Shown: positions 1 to 9,648 of the stretch, in pieces
How the letters are laid out: the number at the start of each line of letters is the position of its first letter
Numbering within the stretch: the stretch's first letter is position 1
Source: Escherichia phage EK010
Length of the DNA: 64,000 nt
Sequence record: NC_070981.1
Strand: one strand, 5' to 3'
Notes under the pieces: generated by a model
The model's input: the letters and a program-made list of their open reading frames with translations, nothing else
Databases searched by the model: none
Told to the model about the DNA's origin: nothing
Translations under genes and position numbers: made by a program

Positions 1-91
1 TGCGCTTCCAAGAGAACTATCGAAACTTCCGTAGTATTGACTACATTCGCAAGTCTCTGAGCCTTTTGGTAGCAGAGTAAAGAGGTAAAAG

Positions 92-1309
92 ATGTTCCCT
101 GTAACACTTCAAAGCTGGAAAGAATCAGAAGACGTTGTAACTGTTTGGCCTCCTTGTTATGGTTTCCTGAAAGCAGGTTACTATCAGGGTGGTGATTATG
201 ATGAAGATGAAGATGGCTATCCTGACTACTACAACGCATATGACAGCAACTACGGCTGGAATATCCGCATTAAGGTGTGGAGTGAGGGTATGATGGTTCG
301 TCAAGGCACTGCTGAAGAGAACGTTCTTGAAAACATGATGCCCATGTCTGAAATCAAGTACATCTGGAACTCTGGTACACACCTTCCCGCTTATGGTGTA
401 AAACGTTATGGTGATAAAGAGCCTATTACCACCCAGTATTTCCGCGAAGGGTTGGAGAATGGAGACCCTCGTCCTCCTTCTCACGTAGAAACATGGGCAG
501 AAGAAAACAATCGCCCGGATGTTACTGATCGTGCTGTAATGGAAGCCTTTGAAGCATTCATGGATAAAGATCTTGACTCGTGTCTGGTATGGCATGAAGT
601 AGGGTTCATGGGTGTTTGTACTGATGGTTGCCCTGCTGATCGCGCTCTGTTCTATCTAATGCTGAATCGTACATTCTATACAGATGATGAAAAATCTGCT
701 GTGTATGAAATGTTGAACAAGATGTATAAGAAAGGTTGGTCTCCTTTAGCCTCTCTTGCATTCAGCCGACTGATCAACCCTTCAGTGGATGTGTTCGGTA
801 ACGAACGTGTTGCTTTAACAGGGAATGATTACGATTCGTGTATCTTCCAAGCATCTCTGTATACAGTAGGTGTTGGTAGTACGATGATTGAGCCTCGCCA
901 GACCAAATGGCGACAGTGTGAATACACTGAAGGTGAGGGACACCTACGTGATGAAGACTTCTCCAGTCTGATCTACCGTAGTGAAGGTGTGCGTGATTGT
1001 CGAGTGAATAACTCGATGTTCTTACCAATCCTTCTTCCTCAGTATTGTAATCTACCAGAGGGTGAGCGTCCGGTCATCACAGAGAAGTCACTCTTGGTTG
1101 AATTTATCCGAGAAGTGGCTGAATCTGAAACATCTTTTGCTAAAATTGTATTCGGTTATAACTGGAACAATGAAACAGCTTCAGCTCGAAGCTATAATAT
1201 GTATAACATTATTAGTAACATGTCCAATGGACTAACCGATAGTGTTTATGCAGTACGTCCCTCAGAAGAGTGGGAAAACATTTTGGAAAAATTATTCTTC
1301 AATAAATAG
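92..1309 (+). CDS. hypothetical early protein (405 aa)
   Basis: ATG ORF from track; GAGG RBS about 7 nt upstream; no motif recognised. Confidence 0.6.
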   Translation: MFPVTLQSWKESEDVVTVWPPCYGFLKAGYYQGGDYDEDEDGYPDYYNAYDSNYGWNIRIKVWSEGMMVRQGTAEENVLENMMPMSEIKYIWNSGTHLPAYGVKRYGDKEPITTQYFREGLENGDPRPPSHVETWAEENNRPDVTDRAVMEAFEAFMDKDLDSCLVWHEVGFMGVCTDGCPADRALFYLMLNRTFYTDDEKSAVYEMLNKMYKKGWSPLASLAFSRLINPSVDVFGNERVALTGNDYDSCIFQASLYTVGVGSTMIEPRQTKWRQCEYTEGEGHLRDEDFSSLIYRSEGVRDCRVNNSMFLPILLPQYCNLPEGERPVITEKSLLVEFIREVAESETSFAKIVFGYNWNNETASARSYNMYNIISNMSNGLTDSVYAVRPSEEWENILEKLFFNK

Positions 1310-1317
1310 AGGCGAAT

Positions 1318-2268
1318 ATGTCAATCTCCGCATCGATTGCTCCGGTAACACCAGCAGAGAACTTCGGTGAGTCAGTGTTCAAAGGAAGAGCTTGCTTTGG
1401 TACTTTTAACTGTATGCACATGTACTCTGTTACAGACATTAATGGTGAAAGTCTTAACCAAACAAGCCTTCGTGACAGAACTTCAGAAATTGAAGTTATT
1501 AACTTCTGGCCTCACAATTTTTATGGCGTACCAGCTAAAGATATCGAAAATGCTTTAGTTGAAGCAACAGACATTTTTAATTCAATGTCTTGCTATAAAG
1601 ATATGTTCTCTGTCACTTCGGTGAATTCAATTGCCGTGAACCTTCGAAACCATCCAGCAGACAAGGTGTTTACTGGACTAATGACCATCCGTAGCTATTT
1701 GGATGGTGATTTTAATGGAATGGAGTTCCTTCAGGAAGGCGTACAAGACAAGGAAGAGTTGCTTAAGCGACAACGAATCGGTTTAGCTCTACGCCTAGCT
1801 GGTTTAAGTCGTAACTTCTTTGGTCGCTGGTGTTATAGTAATGACGTAGACTCAACTGATGAGTCAGCAGCGACTTATTTTGATGGTGACATGAGTGCAA
1901 TTGCATTTCTGCCACTAATTTGCACCACTGATGAATTTTCTGAAAACGTATGGGTTCAGAATGTGTTCGGTGTTGATGATAACCTAGATGGTTATGTACG
2001 AAACCATAATGATGGAGTTCTCCGTCGTATGGCACGTCGTCGTGACCAAGACCCTGACCATTACGAGAGTATGAGTGAATGGTTACGTCTCTGGTCAACT
2101 TGTGCAGGTCACAAGAGAGAAGTATTAGATCAGCGTATGGATAGAATTACTGTTCGTAGTTTTATTGAACGTCTGATGCAAGCAGTACCTTCCTCAATGA
2201 CACCAGAAGAAGCTGGTGCCCGTGTTGTTTCCCTTTTTGATGAACTCGTGGAGTATTACAATGACTAA
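1318..2268 (+). CDS. hypothetical early protein (316 aa)
   Basis: ATG ORF; GAGG RBS; tightly packed after previous gene. Confidence 0.6.
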   Translation: MSISASIAPVTPAENFGESVFKGRACFGTFNCMHMYSVTDINGESLNQTSLRDRTSEIEVINFWPHNFYGVPAKDIENALVEATDIFNSMSCYKDMFSVTSVNSIAVNLRNHPADKVFTGLMTIRSYLDGDFNGMEFLQEGVQDKEELLKRQRIGLALRLAGLSRNFFGRWCYSNDVDSTDESAATYFDGDMSAIAFLPLICTTDEFSENVWVQNVFGVDDNLDGYVRNHNDGVLRRMARRRDQDPDHYESMSEWLRLWSTCAGHKREVLDQRMDRITVRSFIERLMQAVPSSMTPEEAGARVVSLFDELVEYYND

Positions 2269-3067
2269 GCGCGCTTTCCTTATTGGCTCTGACCCTGAAA
2301 TGTTTGTTCGTACTGCTTCCGGTATTATCACCTCTGTGGCTGGTAAGCTGGGCTGTTCTAAAGATAATAAAATTGATCTGGCTCCTGATGTTCGTCTTCA
2401 AGAAGACAACGTTCTGGCTGAGTTTGATATTAACCCACAGAAAGGGTTTGAAGCGTTTGATGATAATATTCAGCGTGGTATTGATCTGACTAACAAAGTT
2501 CTCAATGAACGTGGCATGGAGGCAGCACTTGGGATTAGCTCTCATGTGTTCACTTCAGAAGAACTTGAATCATTCCACCCGTCAGCTTTTGTATTTGGCT
2601 GTACTCCTGATTTCAATGCCTTCACTGGACAAAAGAACCCTTCACCAGTCGCAACCGATAAGGGTTTGCGTACTGCTGGGGGTCATGTGCACCTTGGTGT
2701 CTCCGGGACTTTAGAGATTACTCGACAAACTCAAATGATGTTGGGTGTGTTGTGTGATTACTTCCTGTCCTTGCCAGCTGTGATCATGGATAAAGACACT
2801 CGTCGTAAAGAGTTGTACGGAAAGGCTTCTGCCATTCGCTACAAAGATTACGGTATTGAATATCGTTCTCTTTCTAACTTCTGGATTGGTGATAAGTCCA
2901 CTCGCAAGTTTGTTTATGAGCAAGTGGATAAGGTTGTTCAGGGTTGTGATATGGAAGTGTTGATGTCACTTCACTCTCGCCTTCCAATTGAAAAGCTTCA
3001 TAACATCATCAACAGCAACGATGTTAAAGAAGCGGATAAATTCTCCTCTAAACTCCAGATTGTATAA
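2261..3067 (+). CDS. candidate glutamine-synthetase-like amidoligase (COOH-NH2 ligase), divergent
   Basis: Start moved to internal ATG with GGAG RBS 7 nt upstream; N-terminal 'GSDPEMF' resembles the GS 'GPEPEFF' carboxylate motif; later 'GGHVHLG' H-x-H motif. Confidence 0.35.
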   Translation: MTKRAFLIGSDPEMFVRTASGIITSVAGKLGCSKDNKIDLAPDVRLQEDNVLAEFDINPQKGFEAFDDNIQRGIDLTNKVLNERGMEAALGISSHVFTSEELESFHPSAFVFGCTPDFNAFTGQKNPSPVATDKGLRTAGGHVHLGVSGTLEITRQTQMMLGVLCDYFLSLPAVIMDKDTRRKELYGKASAIRYKDYGIEYRSLSNFWIGDKSTRKFVYEQVDKVVQGCDMEVLMSLHSRLPIEKLHNIINSNDVKEADKFSSKLQIV

Positions 3068-3076
3068 GGTGATATT

Positions 3077-3703
3077 ATGAGCTTGTTAAGAGATTTTCAA
3101 CACTATTATTGTGGAACATGGATTGCTCAGCGATCACCTGATGGTAAAAACCTCCCTCTATATGTGCTTGATGTTCGTCAGCAAGGTAACTTTGATATCG
3201 ACGACTACTCACACGACGCTGAAATGTCTTTAGTGTTTGAGGCGGAACGCTGGACTAAAAACTCTGAAGGTCAGTTTGAACGTCAGATTGTTAGTAATAT
3301 CCCAGTGTTTGATCACAGCCTCATTCTAGAGTCTCCAGATGTAGGATACCTTCAGCATGGTAATAACATGGTGAGCTGGACCCATATCAACCCTGTTCGT
3401 CAGCGAGCTAAAGGCTTGATGGGGAATAAACTTCGTGGTGCTGCACCTTCTCTCGGACGTTCGATTCCGGGTGATTTGGTGTACAACTTGTTTAATCCAG
3501 AGTTTGAAGGGTTGGTTACTCGTTTCATCTATATCAACCCTGTCGATGGAAAAGTGTATTACAAAGGGGCTTACGTTGGAAACGTGCTTCTTGAAGCTGG
3601 CTATGGCGACAACGGTCGCCAATCTTTAAACCTTCTGGAGAAGTTCAAGCATATTTCTTCAGACCTGTCATCATATAATGTAGAGTTGGTGGAATCATTA
3701 TGA
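3077..3703 (+). CDS. hypothetical protein (208 aa)
   Basis: ATG ORF with AAGGTGA RBS; sits between the two amidoligase-like genes. Confidence 0.6.
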   Translation: MSLLRDFQHYYCGTWIAQRSPDGKNLPLYVLDVRQQGNFDIDDYSHDAEMSLVFEAERWTKNSEGQFERQIVSNIPVFDHSLILESPDVGYLQHGNNMVSWTHINPVRQRAKGLMGNKLRGAAPSLGRSIPGDLVYNLFNPEFEGLVTRFIYINPVDGKVYYKGAYVGNVLLEAGYGDNGRQSLNLLEKFKHISSDLSSYNVELVESL

Positions 3704-4800
3704 CAACCGTAGCACAAGTTTTTGGATACCGTAACCCTCGCTTATCTGAACCACATCCAAGTATTGCTTTTCAGTGTGGTGTAGGTATTGAGTTAGAAGT
3801 CGAAGGTACAATTGACATTGACGCTGATATGTGGGTTTGTACTGAAGATGGCTCTCTTCGTGATGGTTGTGAATTAGTGTGTGCACGACCTTACAACGGT
3901 GAAGAATTACTTCGTGCTATTAACAATCTGAGTGAAGCAGTACAGGACTCTGGAGCCGAGGGAACTTGGCGCTGCTCCACTCACGTTCATATGGATATGC
4001 GGGACGCTGATAGTAATATCCTTAAGAAAGTTATTCTTGGGTGGACGTTCTATGAAAAGATGATGTTCAAATGTTCTGGATATCATCGTTACCGTAGTAA
4101 CTTCTGCCCAGCTTTTGCTGTTGTTCAAGCTCAAGTTATGAATGCTTCATCAGCGTTCAACCGAGATGGGGAAGATTTCTTCCGTACTCTTGTTAATAGC
4201 TGGGACAAGTATACCTCCCTTAACCTGTTGCCTCTATCTCAGTTTGGTTCTGTTGAGTTTCGTATTTCAGAGCCGAAGTGGAAAAAGAGTCAGCTGCTAA
4301 ATCTGGTCAATCGCTTCTTGGTTCTCAAGAAACTGGCTGTTGAATATGCAGATTTAGATAATGAAGCTTATGTTGAGAAGTTGAATGAGCTGCGCTTCGC
4401 TCCTATGATTCAACATCTACCTCTAGACTATACTCCAAGAGATAGCGATCTCACTGAAGGGTATCGTCTTGCCCGTGATATTCTGTTCTGTCGTGAGCAA
4501 TCTGTAACTTTGGTTGGTCGTGTTCGTGTGCAACAGACTGGCCCTGATGGTGAAGTCCTTATCAACTTACGTGATATGAATGACTTCTATGGTTTCTTGG
4601 GATATGTGCGCGGTAATGCCAACACTGTCTATGAAGAGATCATGACCTACTACACTCCTCAGATTGAAAGCACTCGAATCGCAACGGTTCGTGAAATTCG
4701 TCACATGTTTGCATTGATGCGTGAATCAGGTAGCAGTGATAATAACATCACTGATTACATTCCAGACCATCTGGAAATGCAATTAGAACGACTGCTGTAA
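3700..4800 (+). CDS. amidoligase (glutamine-synthetase-like COOH-NH2 ligase family)
   Basis: Motifs 'GIELEVEG' (E-x-E), 'EDGSL', 'GCELV', 'STHVHMD' (H-x-H); start overlaps previous stop (ATGA). Confidence 0.5.
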   Translation: MTTVAQVFGYRNPRLSEPHPSIAFQCGVGIELEVEGTIDIDADMWVCTEDGSLRDGCELVCARPYNGEELLRAINNLSEAVQDSGAEGTWRCSTHVHMDMRDADSNILKKVILGWTFYEKMMFKCSGYHRYRSNFCPAFAVVQAQVMNASSAFNRDGEDFFRTLVNSWDKYTSLNLLPLSQFGSVEFRISEPKWKKSQLLNLVNRFLVLKKLAVEYADLDNEAYVEKLNELRFAPMIQHLPLDYTPRDSDLTEGYRLARDILFCREQSVTLVGRVRVQQTGPDGEVLINLRDMNDFYGFLGYVRGNANTVYEEIMTYYTPQIESTRIATVREIRHMFALMRESGSSDNNITDYIPDHLEMQLERLL

Positions 4801-4877
4801 CACAATGGGCGCTCTGATAAAGGGCGCATTTAAAGGTTAATTAGATGAAAGGGTTTACCCTTCAGGTGGATTAGAAA

Positions 4878-6911
4878 ATTTGTGGTATCGTATTAGCTGG
4901 CGGCAACATGACCTCAACAGATTTGGATATTTTCAACCAACTTCTGTATGCTGGTGTTTTCCGGGGACAGCACTCAACTGGTGTGTTTGGTCAGCGTAAA
5001 GGTGAAAAGCAAGTCTTCTCTTATAAAGAAGCTCTTCCTTCTTATGCTTTTATGCTCCAGACAGAATATACAAATATTACCAAAGGGCTTACGAACTACG
5101 TGGTTCCTCCTTCGTGGATTGTTGGTCACAGCCGACATGCCACTCGTGGGGCTGTCAATGCTCGAAATGCTCACCCATTTACTCACGGGGATATTACTCT
5201 GGTTCATAATGGAACCCTGTTAGATCAAGATCTCCTTCCTGACAGTAAGCGTTTCGAAGTTGATAGTGAAAACATCTGCCACTCAATTAATACCATTGGA
5301 GCAGCAGAGACTATCCAAAAACTGGATGGTGCATTCACTTTAATCTGGCATGACGCCAAAGATAACACGCTTCACATTATCCGTAATGATGAGCGTCCTT
5401 TCCACCTAGCCCGTTGTGGTTTAGATTGGTTTGGGGCTTCTGAAGAAGCTATGCTTATGTGGATTTTAGAGCGTTCTAAATCCCACAAGAACCGTATCAA
5501 TGACCACTTCGAGTGTAAAGTGGGAACTGAGTATATCTTTGATGTGTCTAACAGTCGTATGACTCTGGTTCAAGAGGTGGAGCACAAGCTTCCGGTTTTT
5601 ACGGTAACGAGTCGCTGGGGCGGCTATTACTCGAACTCCTCTCTATATCAGAACCAACAGACAAACAAATCAAGCAGCAGCACAAGCGACATTTACGGAA
5701 ACAAAGACGACAAGCCCGGCGTGACAAGCGGAGACATTCGTCGTCGTAAAGCGATTGAAGACCAGAACAAACTGGCTGCCGATCGTGGTCTTCCTTATCG
5801 TCGTGATGGTCGTGTGGATATTATTCCTCACGAGTTCCATGCTTATAACAACACAGATCGTGGTAAGATGGTTGGTTACATCTACGACGATAAAGCCCAA
5901 GAGTATGTCGAAGGGGATGTTCACAACGTAGCCAAAGATGAATATCTTAAGGCTCTTGAAAACCCAAAGGTAGTATATCGCGGGACGATTGCTTGTATCT
6001 CCGAAGTGGACAGTATGATTCGCCTCGTACTAACTTCAGGGCTGTTTGTTGATGCTACAGATAAGGAGCCTCAAAGCACTACTGCTGATTTTGATGATGA
6101 TATCCCTTTTGATGCAGAGGACTCCTTCATCACTAAAAATGGTGTAGAAGTCACTCGTAAGTTCTGGGAATCTCACTCTCATGGTGATTGTGGTGGTTGT
6201 GATAAGCACATTGACTGGAAAGATGCTCGTAAGGCTGTGTTTGCTTATCAAGCATACTGGCATCCAGAATGCTTCGAAGCGTTATCTAAAACCTCTGAAG
6301 ATGAAGAAGATGTGCCTTTGGGTGTATGTGCTATCTGTGGTGAAGTCAAGACTGATTTCGAGTTTGACAACGAAATGAGTAAACTTCGTGGTGAAGACGT
6401 TTGTTATATCTGCTCCAAAGAAATCAAAGATAAAGTAAAGAATGTTACTCTATCTGAAGGTTATATTTGGACTAAAGCAGTAGACACAACCAACCCACGT
6501 CGTCCTGAAGTAGCTGTTCGTGTTGATGAACGTATGCTTAGCCGTATGATCGTAATGGTTAGCTCAGCAAAACGTTCAGGGGATATCACACTTGCAGATG
6601 TTCCTAATTCGTATTTGGAAAAACGTGGTGGTGATACTTATGCCATCTCTGTTTATGGTCCAAAGAATGCCCCAAAGGAGGTACCCGCTGAGAAAGCGGA
6701 GACATTTCCAGAAAAGTCAACCTCTCTCCGAAAAACAGTTGTCAGTTACGATGGACAACGAACAGCTGAGTTTACAAAAGCCCTCTGGACTTCAATTGGG
6801 TTTTGTGCAGTCTGTTATAAACAAATTCCGTGGCGTGATGCAGAAACTTGCTCACTAAACAAAGAAAATAGAGTGATCTGTAATTCAGATTACTGTAAAG
6901 GTAAACACTAA
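4878..6911 (+). CDS. class-II (Ntn) glutamine amidotransferase-domain protein with C-terminal Cys-rich zinc-ribbon-like motifs; probable AUU start
   Basis: Track ORF starts at ATG 4908, but in frame just upstream is stop-AAA-ATT-TGT-GGT-ATC-GTA giving '(I)CGIVLAGGNM...', the GAT-II N-terminal Cys-nucleophile signature; AGGTGGA RBS at 4864-4870, 7 nt before ATT 4878; downstream 'FRGQHSTG' and 'HNGTL' fit PurF/GlmS-type domain; C-terminus has three C-x2-C pairs. Confidence 0.55.
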   Translation: MCGIVLAGGNMTSTDLDIFNQLLYAGVFRGQHSTGVFGQRKGEKQVFSYKEALPSYAFMLQTEYTNITKGLTNYVVPPSWIVGHSRHATRGAVNARNAHPFTHGDITLVHNGTLLDQDLLPDSKRFEVDSENICHSINTIGAAETIQKLDGAFTLIWHDAKDNTLHIIRNDERPFHLARCGLDWFGASEEAMLMWILERSKSHKNRINDHFECKVGTEYIFDVSNSRMTLVQEVEHKLPVFTVTSRWGGYYSNSSLYQNQQTNKSSSSTSDIYGNKDDKPGVTSGDIRRRKAIEDQNKLAADRGLPYRRDGRVDIIPHEFHAYNNTDRGKMVGYIYDDKAQEYVEGDVHNVAKDEYLKALENPKVVYRGTIACISEVDSMIRLVLTSGLFVDATDKEPQSTTADFDDDIPFDAEDSFITKNGVEVTRKFWESHSHGDCGGCDKHIDWKDARKAVFAYQAYWHPECFEALSKTSEDEEDVPLGVCAICGEVKTDFEFDNEMSKLRGEDVCYICSKEIKDKVKNVTLSEGYIWTKAVDTTNPRRPEVAVRVDERMLSRMIVMVSSAKRSGDITLADVPNSYLEKRGGDTYAISVYGPKNAPKEVPAEKAETFPEKSTSLRKTVVSYDGQRTAEFTKALWTSIGFCAVCYKQIPWRDAETCSLNKENRVICNSDYCKGKH

Positions 6912-6922
6912 GAGGTATAGTT

Positions 6923-7156
6923 ATGGAAGTTCGTAAACTGATGTTGGATAACGTGGTAACTACCCGTCGTATTCCGATGACAAGCACAGGATGTGATAAC
7001 CTCCGAGCAATTCAGAAGTGGATGCAAGAAGGTATTGGGAAGCTGGTTGACTCTCCAGTAGAAATCCCTTTTCCAACCGTCATTAATAACGTGTTGGCTG
7101 ACTATGTTAAAATGAAGGGGATTAAAGTTGAGCCTCATGTCAAGCAAGGGAGCTAA
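6923..7156 (+). CDS. hypothetical protein (77 aa)
   Basis: ATG ORF with GAGG RBS. Confidence 0.5.
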   Translation: MEVRKLMLDNVVTTRRIPMTSTGCDNLRAIQKWMQEGIGKLVDSPVEIPFPTVINNVLADYVKMKGIKVEPHVKQGS

Positions 7157-7358
7157 GCCTCACCTGACAATGCTGGAGTATCAACAACTCCGACTTCAAC
7201 AACTGGTAACGGAGCAGCGAAAGCTGTATCCGTTTGCTTTTAACCTAATTGATTCACCAAGCGATGACCAAGAAGACGAGATGTTCGCCAAGTATTGGGA
7301 AATCGAAGTTAAAATTCAATCCTGTCGTAACGAAATTCTTAAACTAAAAGGTATCTAA
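7137..7358 (+). CDS. hypothetical protein (start uncertain: 7137 or 7170)
   Basis: Track ORF begins at TTG 7128; first in-frame ATGs at 7137 and 7170; overlaps previous gene. Confidence 0.4.
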   Translation: MSSKGAKPHLTMLEYQQLRLQQLVTEQRKLYPFAFNLIDSPSDDQEDEMFAKYWEIEVKIQSCRNEILKLKGI

Positions 7359-7360
7359 AA

Positions 7361-8596
7361 ATGACTACTCGTATCCGTGTTCTTCCGTATGGCCCTTCTG
7401 ATTCTGTTAACGCTCTGGTAACTGCCATTAACGATACTATCCGTGATGAACGTATCAACGCTAACATAATGGGTCTTCTTTCAGAGAACAGTCGCTGGCG
7501 TTCTCGTGAGGGTGATGTGGTTGTGAACTACGGGAACCGTCGCTATCCTGAATCCTTCTTTGGTTCTGCAACTGTCCTTAACCGTACCGCAGCCTTACAT
7601 ATGGCAGCGAACAAACGTCGTGCTTTCAGCGTGATGGACCAAGCAGGTGTTAAAACTGTTGAGTATACAGATGTTCAAGAGATTGCTCAGGAGTGGTCAA
7701 ACTCTGGCAACATTGTGTATGAACGTCATGAACTGACTGGTCACTCTGGTTCGGGTATCGTTGTTGTTGAGCCTCGTGATTCAATTGGTCAAGCTGAACT
7801 GTACACCAAAGGTATTCAAGGTCCACGTCGTGAATGGCGTGTCCATGTGTTCAAAGGTGTTATCACCTATGTTCAGAAGAAGATTCGTCGTAACGGCTAT
7901 CGTGAAGACCCTAACTATCGTGAAGATGTTCGTAACCATCACACTGGTTGGGTTTACTCAAGTTCCTTCACAGACGCTCCAAATGATGCATCTCTGATCA
8001 ACGCAGTGAAAGCTGTTGAATCAATGGGTCTGGATTTCGGTGCAGTTGATATCATCACCAAAGGTCAAGAAGCGTGGGTACTGGAAGTTAATACAGCACC
8101 GGGCCTGACTGGTACAACTCTGGATACCTACCGTCATAACATTCTTGAGTTTGTTAAAGCTCAAAACCCTCTCTATACCCCTCAGTATAAAGTGGTTTAC
8201 CAGACTCCGATTGAAGATGGAGACGGTGAGTTGGTGGATGATATTGAAAGTGCTGATGATGAAAACTTTGCACTGGAAGGACAAGTAGCACAGCCGATTG
8301 ATTCAGTTGATGTGGTTCCTGAAGAAATGCAACTGGAAGGTCAGATGAATACTCAAACTATTCGTAATGCACCTACTGGCTACACTTTGTCTCGTGGCTA
8401 CTGGATTGCAAATATCCGTCATGTCCACAACAACCTGCAACCGAATGCAATGTCTGCCAATGTCATCCTGTTCTGTGATGGTCGTAACTTCTACCGCAGT
8501 GGTTGGAACGTTCCGGTCAATCCAGTCCAGATTCATAACCCTCGCAAGTTAGAGTCTGTCAATGTTGAAGGTAGCGAAGTAGCAGTAACTCTGTAA
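7361..8596 (+). CDS. ATP-grasp ligase (RimK/glutamate-ligase-like)
   Basis: 'GHSGSGIVVV' glycine-rich loop and 'WVLEVNTAPGL' Mg/ATP-binding E-x-N motif typical of ATP-grasp enzymes. Confidence 0.5.
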   Translation: MTTRIRVLPYGPSDSVNALVTAINDTIRDERINANIMGLLSENSRWRSREGDVVVNYGNRRYPESFFGSATVLNRTAALHMAANKRRAFSVMDQAGVKTVEYTDVQEIAQEWSNSGNIVYERHELTGHSGSGIVVVEPRDSIGQAELYTKGIQGPRREWRVHVFKGVITYVQKKIRRNGYREDPNYREDVRNHHTGWVYSSSFTDAPNDASLINAVKAVESMGLDFGAVDIITKGQEAWVLEVNTAPGLTGTTLDTYRHNILEFVKAQNPLYTPQYKVVYQTPIEDGDGELVDDIESADDENFALEGQVAQPIDSVDVVPEEMQLEGQMNTQTIRNAPTGYTLSRGYWIANIRHVHNNLQPNAMSANVILFCDGRNFYRSGWNVPVNPVQIHNPRKLESVNVEGSEVAVTL

Positions 8597-8627
8597 TTAA
8601 ATTAAATTAAACAAAAAGGAATTTGTA

Positions 8628-8870
8628 ATGTTGTCTATCGAAGATTTGATCAGCCGTGGAATGACCGAAGAAAAAGAGCCTCTGATTGTAGGCTCTCGTA
8701 AAGCTATCAACCAACTCTGTGAAGAGTTCGGAATCACAAATAAGAGAATGATTGGTAATCAGTTCTCTGCAATCATCACCTTCCTCAAACGAGGTGATAA
8801 ATATTCAATGGAATGTGCTGAGCGTATCATCGCAATTGCACAAGCAGATAAGGGAGTAACAAATCTATGA
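8628..8870 (+). CDS. hypothetical protein (80 aa)
   Basis: ATG ORF; AAGGA RBS. Confidence 0.5.
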   Translation: MLSIEDLISRGMTEEKEPLIVGSRKAINQLCEEFGITNKRMIGNQFSAIITFLKRGDKYSMECAERIIAIAQADKGVTNL

Positions 8871-9052
8871 ATAAATACACAATCATGTTTCGTACAATGT
8901 CAGCAGAAGGAAATATTCAATCTCTGGACATTCAAGCAGATCGCTTTGAATCACTTGGAACAAGTGTTAACTTCTTCCGAGGTACAGAGCTAGTGGGTAC
9001 ATTCCAATCTGATGTGTTGACTGGTGTGATCAAACACTTCGAAGTAGAATAA
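8867..9052 (+). CDS. hypothetical protein (61 aa)
   Basis: ATG overlaps upstream stop (ATGA). Confidence 0.45.
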   Translation: MNKYTIMFRTMSAEGNIQSLDIQADRFESLGTSVNFFRGTELVGTFQSDVLTGVIKHFEVE

Positions 9053-9111
9053 TTTGCTTTAGCCTCTTCGAAAGAGGGGGCTAGTTCGAATTTAGCTTAC
9101 AAAGGAGTTTT

Positions 9112-9648
9112 ATGGAATGGAGAGAACTTCCCGGATATGAGGGACAGTATTCAATCTCTGATAAAGGGGATATCCGTAGTAATTACCGATGGTATCTTAA
9201 CCCTAAGACACTAACACGCCATAAGAAAGATCGTGAATTGATTATGACACCCAATGTTGGTTCAGCGGGTTATGCTCGAATCAAATTAAGTGATCAGATT
9301 TTTCATCCGTATCACAGATTGGTAGCTATTGTTTGGGTAAGCAATCCAGAAAACAAACCTTTCATCAACCATAAAGATGGAAACAAACTGAACAACAACC
9401 CTTCTAATCTAGAATGGGTTACTTGTCAGGAAAACAATATACATGCATATCAGACAGGTTTAAACTCTGGTATGCTAAGAGCAGAAACCCTTTCACATGT
9501 GTGGAATTTTATATCTCCCGAAGGGGTTCAAACCGAAATCACTAACCTTTGTAAATATTGTAGAGAGAATGATTTATCTAAGTCCTCTATGATAGCAGTA
9601 CACAAAGGAACTCAATATCAACATAAGGGTTGGAAAAGAAATGAGTAA
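9112..9648 (+). CDS. HNH homing endonuclease
   Basis: 'NHKDGNKLNNNPSNLEWVTCQENNIH' HNH motif; AAGGAG RBS; paralog of 20238-20732. Confidence 0.7.
   Translation: MEWRELPGYEGQYSISDKGDIRSNYRWYLNPKTLTRHKKDRELIMTPNVGSAGYARIKLSDQIFHPYHRLVAIVWVSNPENKPFINHKDGNKLNNNPSNLEWVTCQENNIHAYQTGLNSGMLRAETLSHVWNFISPEGVQTEITNLCKYCRENDLSKSSMIAVHKGTQYQHKGWKRNE

Noticed and set aside
125-595. Minus-strand ORF (156 aa) inside the 92-1309 + strand gene; similar antisense ORFs occur throughout the + arm (e.g. 774-1028, 1763-2098, 9732-10043, 13476-13691)
   Set aside because: They lie wholly antisense to well-supported, RBS-preceded + strand genes in a uniformly + oriented arm, and have no RBS or recognisable motifs.
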